A stretch of DNA of 64,000 bases. Source: an uncultured Gammaproteobacteria bacterium. Its GTDB lineage: Bacteria > Patescibacteriota > Patescibacteriia > 2-01-FULL-39-33. The stretch is taken from positions 147,260 to 211,259 of the forward strand of contig CAZLFP010000001.1 of the NCBI GenBank assembly GCA_964558935.1, written 5' to 3'. The position numbers and the translations under genes are program-made. The notes beneath the pieces were generated by a model, which saw only the letters and a list, made by a program, of their open reading frames with translations, made no database searches and was not told the origin of the DNA. Shown in pieces: positions 47,201 through 56,835 of this stretch. How positions within the stretch are numbered: the stretch's first letter is position 1; the number at the start of each line of letters is the position of its first letter.

Positions 47201-49909
47201 TTATTGACCGCAACATTTCTTGTATTTCTTGCCAGAACCGCACGGACAGGGATTATTGCGTCCGACTTTTGATCTGGAAACAACTGACTTATTCTGCTGA
47301 CGATCCTGCAATCCCTGGTCAGCCTGCATGGGAGATTTCTGACCAGAAGTCTTAGCCGGAGCTGAAAAAATCATCTTCCCGGCTTGGGCCATTTGCATGG
47401 CCGCCGGAGCTACCAGTCCAATTTTAAAAATAGAGTAAGTAATCTGCTTGTCAATATTAACCAATAAATCTTTAAACAAACGCATGGCTTCCCTTTTGTA
47501 TTCCACCAATGGATCTCTCTGACCATAGCCACGTAAACCAATACCAGTTCTTAAATGCTGCATTGTCTCCAAATGTTCAATCCAAAGCGTATCCAAAGAA
47601 CGCAACATCATACCCTTGGCAATATGCGACATATTCTCTGATTGATCATGGCCGGGTTGAGCTGTTAACTGGTTAATATTCTTTTCCAATTCATTTAGTT
47701 GATCAATGGCTAACTTGTTCAAGTAACCAATAATTTTGGCTCTGGCCATGTTGTCTTGATTACTGTCGCCTGCTTGTACTTCAATTTCAGCTAGCTGCTT
47801 TCTGAGTTCTGTCGGCACTTGAAATATGGTACTGACAGCCTCATAGATTTCATTTAAATCCCATCTGGATTCATCTTCGGCTTGAGTATGAAACAGAACA
47901 ATACTCTCGATTTCCGCTAAAACCGACTGAACAACCATTTGTTTAATGTCTTGTCCCTCTAAAATCTGCTGCCTCTTCCGGTAAATGGTTTCCCTCTGTT
48001 TATTCATGACGTCATCATATTCAACCAAATGCTTGCGAATGTCAAAGTTATTACCTTCGACTTTTTTCTGAGCTTGCTCAATGGATCTGGAAATGATGGC
48101 ATTTTCAATCGGCATATCGTCTGGCACACCCAAAGTAGTCATCACCTTTTTCATTCTGTCCGAACCGAAAATGCGCATTAAATCATCATCCATGGAAATG
48201 TAGAACTGGGAGGAGCCAGGATCCCCCTGACGACCGGACCGTCCTCGCAATTGGTTATCGATACGTCGAGACTCATGTCTTTCAGTACCAATCACACATA
48301 AACCACCGGCTGCCACCACTTTAGCATACTCAACCTGGTCAAAAGGATGACCGCCCAAGATGATATCCACTCCTCTACCTGCCATGTTAGTGGCTACAGT
48401 GACTGCACCAGGCTTGCCTGCTTGGGCAATAATATGCGCTTCCTGGTCATGATGTTTGGCGTTTAAAATCTGGCAATCTACACCTTCACGGGATAATAGA
48501 TCGGCTAACATTTCATTTTTTTCAATGGAAATCGTACCAATTAACACCGGCTGTCCTTTGTCATGCCGCTCTTTAATTTCTCTAACTAAGGCCTGGTATT
48601 TACCAGCTTCATTCTTGTAAATACGGTCATTTAAATCCTGACGGATAACTGGCTTGTTAGTCGGAACCACGACGACCTCCAAATTATAGATTTTGGAAAA
48701 TTCTTCAGCTTCAGTGGCGGCTGTACCGGTCATACCGGCTAACTTGGCATACAAACGAAAATAATTTTGAAAAGAAATCGTAGCTAAAGTTCTGGATTCC
48801 CTTTGAACCTTAACATTCTCTTTAGCTTCAATCGCTTGATGCAAGCCTTCGGAATACCGACGACCAAACATCATGCGACCGGTAAATTCGTCAATAATTA
48901 CGATTTCACCGTCTTTGACCACATAATTCTTATCTTTTTTAAACAAAGTTTGAGCCTTAAGAGCCTGTTCAATATGATGAACATCATTAATACCCCGATC
49001 TGTATAGATATTATCTACACCTAAAGCTTTTTCCACTTTGGAAATACCACTGTCAGATAATGTGGCCGCTTTCATTTTTTCATCAATGTTGTAATCCTCA
49101 TTCTCCTTCAAAGTTCTGACGATCTGAGCAAATTGGTAATACTTGTCGGTAGATTCCATGTCCGGAGCCGAGATAATAAGCGGAGTGCGAGCTTCATCGA
49201 TTAAAATAGAATCCACCTCATCCACAATGGCAAAATGGAGCTGAGTTTGCACCTTGTCCGACAGCCGGTTGACCATGTTGTCTCTTAAATAATCAAAGCC
49301 AAATTCATTATTCGTGCCATACACCACGTCACAGGCATACGCTTCTGACCGAGAACAAGCTTCTAAGTATTGGACATCCAACTGCTCATCCCCCCCCTGC
49401 TCTGCCTTATTTGGATTGTATTTGTGGGAGGTTGTTTGTTGTCCAATACAGCTAACAGTTAAGCCTAAAAAATTAAAAACTCGACCCATCCAGTCAGCAT
49501 GTATGCGAGCCAAATAATCATTAACCGTGACCAAATGCGAGCTTTGACCGGTTAAAGCATTTAAATACAAAGGACAGGTGGCGGCTAAAGTCTTGCCTTC
49601 ACCGGTCTTCATTTCAGCAATCTTACCTTGATGCATAACAATACCGGCCAGCAATTGCACATCGTAGTGCCTTTGACCAATTGTCCGATAAGCCGCTTCT
49701 CTGACCGTCGCAAAAGCCTCCGGCAGAATATCTTCCAACGATTTACCTTGAGCCAAAAAATCTTTCAACTTTTGAGTTTGGTCAGCAAGCTGTTGGTCCG
49801 ATAACTGTTTAAGCGTTGGCTCCAACTGGTTAATATCTGCAACAATTGTGTTTAAATTATCTAAGACTTTCTGGTTGGGATCACCGAATATTTTAGTAAT
49901 AATTGACAT
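47201..49909 (-). CDS. secA: preprotein translocase subunit SecA
   Basis: EMKTGEGKT, DEVDSILIDEARTPLIIS, NQLRGRSGRQGDPG, SEC-C CPCGSGKKYKKCC. Confidence 0.98.
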   Translation of the reverse strand: MSIITKIFGDPNQKVLDNLNTIVADINQLEPTLKQLSDQQLADQTQKLKDFLAQGKSLEDILPEAFATVREAAYRTIGQRHYDVQLLAGIVMHQGKIAEMKTGEGKTLAATCPLYLNALTGQSSHLVTVNDYLARIHADWMGRVFNFLGLTVSCIGQQTTSHKYNPNKAEQGGDEQLDVQYLEACSRSEAYACDVVYGTNNEFGFDYLRDNMVNRLSDKVQTQLHFAIVDEVDSILIDEARTPLIISAPDMESTDKYYQFAQIVRTLKENEDYNIDEKMKAATLSDSGISKVEKALGVDNIYTDRGINDVHHIEQALKAQTLFKKDKNYVVKDGEIVIIDEFTGRMMFGRRYSEGLHQAIEAKENVKVQRESRTLATISFQNYFRLYAKLAGMTGTAATEAEEFSKIYNLEVVVVPTNKPVIRQDLNDRIYKNEAGKYQALVREIKERHDKGQPVLIGTISIEKNEMLADLLSREGVDCQILNAKHHDQEAHIIAQAGKPGAVTVATNMAGRGVDIILGGHPFDQVEYAKVVAAGGLCVIGTERHESRRIDNQLRGRSGRQGDPGSSQFYISMDDDLMRIFGSDRMKKVMTTLGVPDDMPIENAIISRSIEQAQKKVEGNNFDIRKHLVEYDDVMNKQRETIYRKRQQILEGQDIKQMVVQSVLAEIESIVLFHTQAEDESRWDLNEIYEAVSTIFQVPTELRKQLAEIEVQAGDSNQDNMARAKIIGYLNKLAIDQLNELEKNINQLTAQPGHDQSENMSHIAKGMMLRSLDTLWIEHLETMQHLRTGIGLRGYGQRDPLVEYKREAMRLFKDLLVNIDKQITYSIFKIGLVAPAAMQMAQAGKMIFSAPAKTSGQKSPMQADQGLQDRQQNKSVVSRSKVGRNNPCPCGSGKKYKKCCGQ

Positions 49910-49978
49910 ATAACTCATAATGGATAATGCCCATATTTTAGCAAACATTCATGATTTTAGCAATAAAAAGGAGTCTCC

Positions 49979-50302
49979 CTAGGGAGACTCAACAGGATGT
50001 GCTTTGAACTGGCAAGGATTAAACTTACCAGACTTACCTTTTAAATACAGAGCTCGAGGCTCAACTTGGACTACCGTAAAGACCTGGCCGGTCTCAATAT
50101 TCTCTACCTGCATACCGGGACAAAAACCATTCTCGGTATGAGCTTGAGTCATTCGCTTCTGTGCATTCCGACAGGCCTGACGTGTCCGAATCTGATGAGC
50201 TTTATCAGATTCCTGACGCAAAGTCGTTTCAATCGTTTCCAAACTGGCCAGCCGCTTGCCTCCACTCATCTGACTGCGAGTATATCTTCCGCTACGAGCC
50301 AC
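49979..50302 (-). CDS. 107-aa orphan protein, basic N-terminus, SH3/KOW-like C-terminus
   Basis: AAGGAGG SD then GTG 50302; promoter TTGTCA-17-TATATT (50371-50343); 20-bp palindrome GAGTCTCCCTAGGGAGACTC (49971-49990) over the stop. Confidence 0.65.
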   Translation of the reverse strand: MARSGRYTRSQMSGGKRLASLETIETTLRQESDKAHQIRTRQACRNAQKRMTQAHTENGFCPGMQVENIETGQVFTVVQVEPRALYLKGKSGKFNPCQFKAHPVESP

Positions 50303-50375
50303 AACACTTCCTCCTTGGTTGAAACACACAACACTGCTGGTAAATATAGCAAACTATTGTTAAATTGACAAGAGT

Positions 50376-50678
50376 CTAATCCTGATGTGTTTCCTTGTAT
50401 TTAACCAATTCCCTTTTTAACGTATCTGCTACGATGTTCATCGATTTGGTAATATCGTCAGTTTCTGCTTCAGCTCTTAGAATTTTCTTGGGCACAGACA
50501 AATTAACTTCTGCCCGGTAAATATCTCCGGATTGATGATGCTTGGTGGTTAAACCGACTTCAACGTCGGCCTCAATGATATTCGGATAGTACTTCAGTAA
50601 ATTGGTCATCTTATCCCGAATAATCGTATGAGCTTCCGGGGTCAACTTGGCCAAAGTGGCTTTAATATTGACTTGCAT
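50376..50678 (-). CDS. raiA: ribosome-associated translation inhibitor / hibernation factor
   Basis: short HPF/RaiA-like fold (AEVNLSVPKKILRAEA...D); upstream of secA. Confidence 0.8.
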   Translation of the reverse strand: MQVNIKATLAKLTPEAHTIIRDKMTNLLKYYPNIIEADVEVGLTTKHHQSGDIYRAEVNLSVPKKILRAEAETDDITKSMNIVADTLKRELVKYKETHQD

Positions 50679-50695
50679 GTGGTATATATTATGAT

Positions 50696-51646
50696 TTAAA
50701 AACCAAAGTACTCTATCTCTTCCCAAAGTTGCAAATTAAACTTGGATCTGACTTTTTGCTTAATAATGCTAATTAGCATAATAACGTCCTGAGCAGTGGC
50801 TTGACCCAGGTTAATAATCATGCCGGCATGTTGAGGAGAGACTTGAGCTCCTCCCACTTGCTTACCTTTTAAACCAGACTCCTCAATTAACCAAGCAGCG
50901 GGTATTTTCCGGTACTTAACATACTCAACTGGCAGTTTAATGCCCTTATCTGCCAAATCTTGCTCAATCTCGGTTGTGAGTATAATATTCTGGAAAGTGC
51001 TGCCAGCCGATGGATGTTTCATAAACTTCTGAGATCTAATTTTTACCAGGTCCAACATTTCACGCCGAATTTCAGCTTCCTGCCCAGGCTCTAATTTCAG
51101 CTTAACTGCTAAAATAATCTCCTGGTTGTCCGGTTGTTTAAATCGGCTCGTTCGGTAACCAAACTGACAATAATCCTTATCCACGGTTTTAATCTGACCA
51201 TTAGACAGCAAACTAACTTCCAGAATATTATCTGCCATTTCCTGACGGTAGGCTCCGGCATTATTATGCACAGCTCCTCCCAGTGTGCCCGGAATACCCA
51301 TAGCCCAGGCCAAGCCAGACAAGGAATGTTTGGCGGCGAGTAAAACGGCTTGCGACAAAGCAGCACCGGCTTCGGCGGTTAAGATGTTATTTTTGACTTC
51401 CAATTGCTGGTTATCTAGTTTAATAACCAAACCGGGATAACCTTGGTCACTGATTAGAAGATTACTGCCTCCGCCTAAGACAAAGTATGGCAATTGCTTG
51501 TCTTTGGCCAGTTGGATTAAAGCTGACAGGTTTTCTTGAGTAACTGCACAAAAATACTGAGCCGGTCCCCCGATTTTAAAAGTTGTGTATTTAGCCAAAG
51601 GTTCGTTAACTTTAACCCTTGCCAGTTTTTTTAATTGATCCAACAT
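50696..51646 (-). CDS. murB: UDP-N-acetylenolpyruvoylglucosamine reductase
   Basis: TTFKIGGPA, LGGGSNLL, GIPGTLGGA, SAGSTF, VSPQHA. Confidence 0.95.
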   Translation of the reverse strand: MLDQLKKLARVKVNEPLAKYTTFKIGGPAQYFCAVTQENLSALIQLAKDKQLPYFVLGGGSNLLISDQGYPGLVIKLDNQQLEVKNNILTAEAGAALSQAVLLAAKHSLSGLAWAMGIPGTLGGAVHNNAGAYRQEMADNILEVSLLSNGQIKTVDKDYCQFGYRTSRFKQPDNQEIILAVKLKLEPGQEAEIRREMLDLVKIRSQKFMKHPSAGSTFQNIILTTEIEQDLADKGIKLPVEYVKYRKIPAAWLIEESGLKGKQVGGAQVSPQHAGMIINLGQATAQDVIMLISIIKQKVRSKFNLQLWEEIEYFGF

Positions 51647-51800
51647 GTAGTTTTGGTTTAGTCTTTTTGTGTTGCGCATAATATTTAACCTGCTCTATTC
51701 GTTTCTTTTGAGCTGCAAAACCTGGAGTGGATTTTTCACTCTTTTTGACTGACTGATCGATTTTGCGCTCGATTTCTTCAACTTGTTTTTGTATTGACAT
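51612..51800 (-). CDS. small basic hypothetical protein
   Basis: 62-aa Lys-rich ORF upstream of and overlapping the murB start. Confidence 0.4.
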   Translation of the reverse strand: MSIQKQVEEIERKIDQSVKKSEKSTPGFAAQKKRIEQVKYYAQHKKTKPKLHVGSIKKTGKG

Positions 51801-51854
51801 AATACAGATATATTGTTATTCTATGGTTGCAACTTAAACCTAGGAGGAAACGTC

Positions 51855-52049
51855 ATGTTGCAAACTGTCTCGAAACTGTATCAGGAAATAACCCATGGCT
51901 ACCACAGCATCATCCAAGAGGAGCTGGACTACATCAGACGTCTTAGACTATATCTGCTCCATGCCTCACTTGTCTGCCTGTTCTGGTACATAGTTTTTGG
52001 TGGACCCACTTACCTTATCTACTACTGCCTGAAACACGGCTTGATCTAG
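51855..52049 (+). CDS. 64-aa orphan membrane protein
   Basis: AGGAGG SD at 51842; promoter TTGACA-17-TGt-TATTCT (51794-51822); C-terminal hydrophobic segment. Confidence 0.7.
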   Translation: MLQTVSKLYQEITHGYHSIIQEELDYIRRLRLYLLHASLVCLFWYIVFGGPTYLIYYCLKHGLI

Positions 52050-52059
52050 GGGGTATGAC

Positions 52060-52452
52060 ATGATTACCGACGGAACTGAAGTACTGGGCATGAAAAAGGG
52101 TGACGTTTGGATGGCCTTTTTAACCGTTCTGGCCTTTCTGGTCATCATTGGCTTCTGCATCGCCTTTGCCTTTGAAAAAGACAATAATCTGTACCATATT
52201 CAGGAGATCGGCTGGCGACAGATTGCCTCTGACAAGCCTGAGGACATCACTGACATTGGTCTTTTGAAAATTATGGTACAGCTTGATCCAAAGCAACCTC
52301 ACAAACTCACTCCCGTCTATTACGGCAAGTATCTGCCCAAAAACGCCAAACTCTGGCAGGAAAACAACCTGGTCTACGTGGTCAGCTACAAATTCAAGCA
52401 TAACGATCGACCGGTTATGCACTTTGTCAAAATGACGTCTTTGACAGACTAA
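52060..52452 (+). CDS. 130-aa orphan single-TM protein
   Basis: second gene of the cassette; AGGGGGT SD-like site; one TM helix. Confidence 0.7.
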   Translation: MITDGTEVLGMKKGDVWMAFLTVLAFLVIIGFCIAFAFEKDNNLYHIQEIGWRQIASDKPEDITDIGLLKIMVQLDPKQPHKLTPVYYGKYLPKNAKLWQENNLVYVVSYKFKHNDRPVMHFVKMTSLTD

Positions 52453-52465
52453 ACTCTTCCAAGAG

Positions 52466-53845
52466 TCACTCGCGATGTGGCTCTTTTTTATTGACTAACT
52501 CTTTGGCCAGAGTGTAAATATTCCCGGCTCCCAAAAGAACAACCGCATCATAGCTCGAAACCAATTCCGGAAGAGCTGCTTTGGTCTGTTCTAAATCGCC
52601 CACATACTTCAACTGTGCGGCTTGAGCCAGCTTTTTTGCACTGACAGCATAATCTTCAGGCTTTTCTCGGCCGGCAACATAGAAAACATCTGTCAGCATC
52701 ACATGTTTTAAACCTTGTAACTCGGCTACAAACTGATTGAATAATTGTTTTGTCCGGTTGAGTTGGTGAGGTTGGAAAATGAACAAAATCTTTTTTTGAG
52801 GATAAAAGTCGGTCATAGCCTGAACAGTCTGTCTGACTGCCGCCGGTGTGTGAGCATAATCCGTTAATATCTCTTTACCTTGATATAATCCCAATCTTTC
52901 CAGCCTCCGCCATACTCCGTCAAAGTCAGACAGAGCAGTTTGAATAGTTTTAAAATCAATCTTTAAAGTCAAAGCGACAGCGGCGGCTGCCAAGGAATTA
53001 TATATATTATATCTGGCCGGCACTTTCAAATTAACCCGGCCTAAAGACTGGCCCAGATAATGCAGATCATAGCTTTGCTGCTGCTGATCCAATCTGACAT
53101 TTACAGCCTGCACGTCGGCAGGATGCTCAAGGCCGTAAGTTACCAGCTGAGCTTGTAAATCTTTCACTACTTCGCAACTGTTAGCATCATCTGCATTAAC
53201 CACTACATAGCCAGTTGGAGGGACTTGTGACAAATACTGTCGGAATGTCTGTTTGATATCAGCCAGATCAGTATAACAATCCAAATGGTCCTCTCGAATG
53301 TTAGTTATAACCGCCACTTGAGGCGAATAATTTAAAAAAGCACGCTGGTATTCATCACTTTCAAAAATAAAATAATCGCTCTGACCCACTCTGGCATTGC
53401 TCTGCAAGTATTTGACTTTGGCACCAATTAAAATATTGGGGTCTTGCTCAGCTTTTATAAAAATCAAACCGGTCATGGCAGTGGTGGTGGTTTTACCATC
53501 TGTTCCGGAAATGCCAATGCCATATTTAGCTTGAGTCAACAAACCAAGCAACTGAGGATATGTTATGGTGGGAATGCCCAACTGCCTAGCTTGTTGCCTT
53601 TCAGGATTAGATTCCGGTACAGCTACGGAATACACCATCAAATCTATACCAGCCACAATATTATCTTTCATTTGAGGTATTTTAACTTCAATACCCTCGT
53701 GTTCTAAGTCCTGAGTTATTTCCGACTCTGTCATATCACTGCCTAAAACCGTCTTACCCATCTGTCTTAAAATTCGAGCCGCAGCAGATATACCAATACC
53801 TCCAATGCCACAAAAATAAATTGTGCGTATTTTATGTAAATCCAT
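52466..53845 (-). CDS. murC: UDP-N-acetylmuramate--L-alanine ligase
   Basis: GIGGIGIS, GTDGKTTTT, ESDEY, DHLD, DYAHTP, FQPH. Confidence 0.95.
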   Translation of the reverse strand: MDLHKIRTIYFCGIGGIGISAAARILRQMGKTVLGSDMTESEITQDLEHEGIEVKIPQMKDNIVAGIDLMVYSVAVPESNPERQQARQLGIPTITYPQLLGLLTQAKYGIGISGTDGKTTTTAMTGLIFIKAEQDPNILIGAKVKYLQSNARVGQSDYFIFESDEYQRAFLNYSPQVAVITNIREDHLDCYTDLADIKQTFRQYLSQVPPTGYVVVNADDANSCEVVKDLQAQLVTYGLEHPADVQAVNVRLDQQQQSYDLHYLGQSLGRVNLKVPARYNIYNSLAAAAVALTLKIDFKTIQTALSDFDGVWRRLERLGLYQGKEILTDYAHTPAAVRQTVQAMTDFYPQKKILFIFQPHQLNRTKQLFNQFVAELQGLKHVMLTDVFYVAGREKPEDYAVSAKKLAQAAQLKYVGDLEQTKAALPELVSSYDAVVLLGAGNIYTLAKELVNKKEPHRE

Positions 53846-54907
53846 TTATTTTCTAATTAAACTCATAGCTTCTTGTGCCACTAACTCCGCTCCATTATTC
53901 TGCATTACCTTACCGATATTCCTAGCCAGATCTTCTTTTTGGGCTTGACTATACATTAATTCCTTAACCGAACTGGTAAATATCTGGTGAGTCAAGCTGG
54001 TCTGCGCTAACACCTCAACAGCATTGTTTTTTTGGTAATACTGAGCATTTTCTTCCTGCTGGTTGTCTGGAATGGGAATCAGAATGGTTGGCTTGGTCAG
54101 GACAGATAATTCAGATAATGTTCCAAGACCGGCTCGAGACACCACTACATCCGCCGCACACATCGCTTCAGTTAAACCGTGATGAATGAATTCATGTTGC
54201 TGGTAATGCTCTGCTTTGACATCTATTCGTTTACCCTTACCTGTAATATGGATAACTTGACAGAATTGAAGTAGTTCCGCCAAAGATTGTTGCACAACCT
54301 GGTTAATCTTGGCTGAACCAGTGCCTCCGCCCATGACCAACAGGACCGGTAAATTAGGTTTTAAGTTAAACAGCTGGCGACCCCGATTAGCATCACAAAC
54401 ATAAAATTCAGATCTCACCGGATTGCCGGTTAGAACCACCTTGCTGGCTGGAAACATTTTTAAAGATGGCTCAAAAGAAACGGTTATTTTTTTTGCTAAA
54501 CCGGCCACCAATCTGTTGGCCAGTCCCGTCTTAATATCCTGCTGGTGGACTAAAATGGGAATTTTAAGCAACCAGGCAGCATACGCAACCGGTACACCCA
54601 CATAACCTCCGGCTAAGATTACCACCTGCGGCTTAAACTTAAACAAGATTCTTAAAGATTGAAAGAAACCGATTTTAATCCGAAAAGGATCCACAAAATT
54701 CTGGATCGACCAATACCTTCTCAGCTTGCCGGAACAAATGGCTTGAAATGGAATTTTGTAACTTTCAACCGCTGCCTTTTCCGGTCCGGTTTTAGTTCCC
54801 ACAAACAAACATTCGGCCTCAGGCTGATGTTCTTTAATTTTTTCCCAAACTGCGATTAAGGGCGTTACCGGTCCCATGGTACCGCCACCGGCCAAAAGTA
54901 TTTTCAT
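53846..54907 (-). CDS. murG: MurG N-acetylglucosaminyl transferase
   Basis: AGGGTMGPV, GKLRRY, TGNPVR, SRAG, QEENA. Confidence 0.95.
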   Translation of the reverse strand: MKILLAGGGTMGPVTPLIAVWEKIKEHQPEAECLFVGTKTGPEKAAVESYKIPFQAICSGKLRRYWSIQNFVDPFRIKIGFFQSLRILFKFKPQVVILAGGYVGVPVAYAAWLLKIPILVHQQDIKTGLANRLVAGLAKKITVSFEPSLKMFPASKVVLTGNPVRSEFYVCDANRGRQLFNLKPNLPVLLVMGGGTGSAKINQVVQQSLAELLQFCQVIHITGKGKRIDVKAEHYQQHEFIHHGLTEAMCAADVVVSRAGLGTLSELSVLTKPTILIPIPDNQQEENAQYYQKNNAVEVLAQTSLTHQIFTSSVKELMYSQAQKEDLARNIGKVMQNNGAELVAQEAMSLIRK

Positions 54908-54917
54908 AGTTAAATAA

Positions 54918-56081
54918 TTAATCTCTAGCTTGTTTAGATATATTAACTAAAATTCCGGAAGCTGCCAAGCACATCATGAGTGAAGTACCGCCGTAGGAAA
55001 TAAATGGCAAAGGCACGCCGGTTAAAGGCAGAATACCGATAATCGCTCCGATGTTTAAAAAAGCTTGAACCACAAACCAAGTGACAATGCCAATCGCTAG
55101 TAATCTGCCGAACGGATCACTGATATGATTGGCCATTTTAAAAACTCGCAGAGCCAGCATGACAAAAGCAATTACTACAGCCACACACATAAAAAAACCC
55201 AGTTCCTCACCCACCACAGCAAAAATGGAATCTCCGGCCACTTCCGGCAAATAGGCAAACTTCTGACGACTGTGCCCATATCCCCTGCCTAAAATACCTC
55301 CGGAACCTACCGCCAACAAAGCCTGGTTAATGTGGTAACCAATACCCTGAGGATCCAACTCCGGATGCAAGAAAGTTGTTAAACGAGCCGCCCGATACGG
55401 GGAGGTTTTAATCAGTAACCATAAACCACCCAAACCCGCAATCGACAACCAAGTCAAATGAAGCAAAGAACCGCCAGCCACAAAAAAAACAATCAACGAA
55501 GTAATGACAATAATACTCATGGTACCAAAGTCTGGCTGTAGAATTATTAAAACCATAATTATTAGAAGTACAAAAACAAAAGGTAAAAAACCGGCTTTCA
55601 AATCCTTTAATTTTTTTTCGCCTCTGGCAGACAGCCAAGCTACTAAGTAAATTAAGAAAGTGATCTTAACAATCTCTGAAGGCTGGAGAGAAAAACCAAA
55701 AAAGTTAATCCACGAATGAGCTGTTCCATACTCTGCTCCAATACCGGGTATGAAAACTAAAACGAGTAAAACAATGGTAGCAATTAAAAAAGGAGCAGCC
55801 AATTCCTTGAGTCGGTAATAGTCTAATCTAGAAAACAAGACAAAAAGAACAAAGCCCGGAATTAAACCAAAGATAATCTGATGCTTAACATGAAAATAAC
55901 TGTCTCCAAAGTTCTTAAAACCAGAAGCCACACCGGCTGAAGACAGCATAATTAAGCCAAATAAGACTAAAAAACCGATCAGACCAATTAGGTACCAATC
56001 CGGCTGTTTATCCTTTTGTCCGCGAATAATATCTCGGAAAAATTCCTTGATTTGAAACTTATCCAGTATTTTCTTTACCAC
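54918..56081 (-). CDS. ftsW: SEDS peptidoglycan polymerase FtsW
   Basis: LQPSEIVK, QPDFG, LPEVAGDSIF, PLTGVPLPFISYGGTS. Confidence 0.95.
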   Translation of the reverse strand: MVKKILDKFQIKEFFRDIIRGQKDKQPDWYLIGLIGFLVLFGLIMLSSAGVASGFKNFGDSYFHVKHQIIFGLIPGFVLFVLFSRLDYYRLKELAAPFLIATIVLLVLVFIPGIGAEYGTAHSWINFFGFSLQPSEIVKITFLIYLVAWLSARGEKKLKDLKAGFLPFVFVLLIIMVLIILQPDFGTMSIIVITSLIVFFVAGGSLLHLTWLSIAGLGGLWLLIKTSPYRAARLTTFLHPELDPQGIGYHINQALLAVGSGGILGRGYGHSRQKFAYLPEVAGDSIFAVVGEELGFFMCVAVVIAFVMLALRVFKMANHISDPFGRLLAIGIVTWFVVQAFLNIGAIIGILPLTGVPLPFISYGGTSLMMCLAASGILVNISKQARD

Positions 56082-56141
56082 AAAATTTAGCTTATTTTAG
56101 CTATTATTATATATAATACCATATTTATTAAACTTTGGCTA

Positions 56142-56170
56142 TTGACAAATATTCAATAGTATGCTATACT
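56142..56170 (+). promoter_or_regulatory. near-consensus sigma70 promoter driving the putative large ncRNA
   Basis: TTGACA (56142-56147), 17 nt spacer, TGc-TATACT (56165-56170). Confidence 0.75.
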
Positions 56171-56176
56171 TGCAAT

Positions 56177-56772
56177 TATGTTCATCGGTAAAGGAGACCG
56201 GTGGCAAAACCAGGTGAAGTCTGGTTCCTTAATAACCAAAGGACGCCGGACACAATGCCCAATGGGCAAGGAGTATTACTCCATGGCGCATGAACGAGCA
56301 GGTCCGATGACAGCACGGATTAATACCAGCTCGACCACCGTGGGCGACGGCTCCGTCTAGCACGGGGCCTGGATCACAAAGAAATCGAAAGGGACAGGAC
56401 CATGGTTAAGCTCCAAATCTGGGGGCATCGGACTACAAGATTGGCGCATCAAGACATGTAAGATGCATTGACGGATGTTAGCCAATTGAGGGAAACCGGT
56501 GTCCCTGATTCCACCCACCGAAAAAATATGTTCTCTAGGAGGTTTGGCTGGGGGGTCATGACAATCCGCGAAGCTTGAGCCTGTGAGGCAACGCTCGATC
56601 GCGACGAGCAAATGACGCCTGAAAAGCAGAGCCAGGCAGCGGGACAAAACGGCACGCCGACGACCGGCAAACGATTACAGCCGGGGGCGATACAGCCGCT
56701 TCCCTCGCCATTCCTCTAAAATGGGGCATCTTCTAAGCGACGAAACGCCAGAAGCTCTGCCCCTTTCTTTTT
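56177..56772 (+). ncRNA. putative large (~590 nt) structured non-coding RNA of unrecognised class
   Basis: GC-rich (36/60 and 39/60 at 56581-56700); more than 15 stems with G-U pairs that favour the + strand; own promoter; 3' hairpin plus U-tract; no credible ORF. Confidence 0.65.
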
Positions 56773-56798
56773 TACCGAATTAATCTCGGTATTTTTTT
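56773..56798 (+). terminator. intrinsic terminator after the large RNA
   Basis: TACCGA-attaatc-TCGGTA-TTTTTTT. Confidence 0.6.
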
Positions 56799-56835
56799 AT
56801 TGCCAAAAAACATACGATCCTCTAATATATAAAAC

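Noticed and set aside
56178-56670. ORF-track ORFs at 56178+, 56357- and 56449-, plus shorter SD-preceded peptides
   Set aside because: Mutually overlapping and not protein-like; the SD-like purine runs fall within predicted hairpins; dense base-pairing explains the region better. Coding of very short peptides is not fully excluded.
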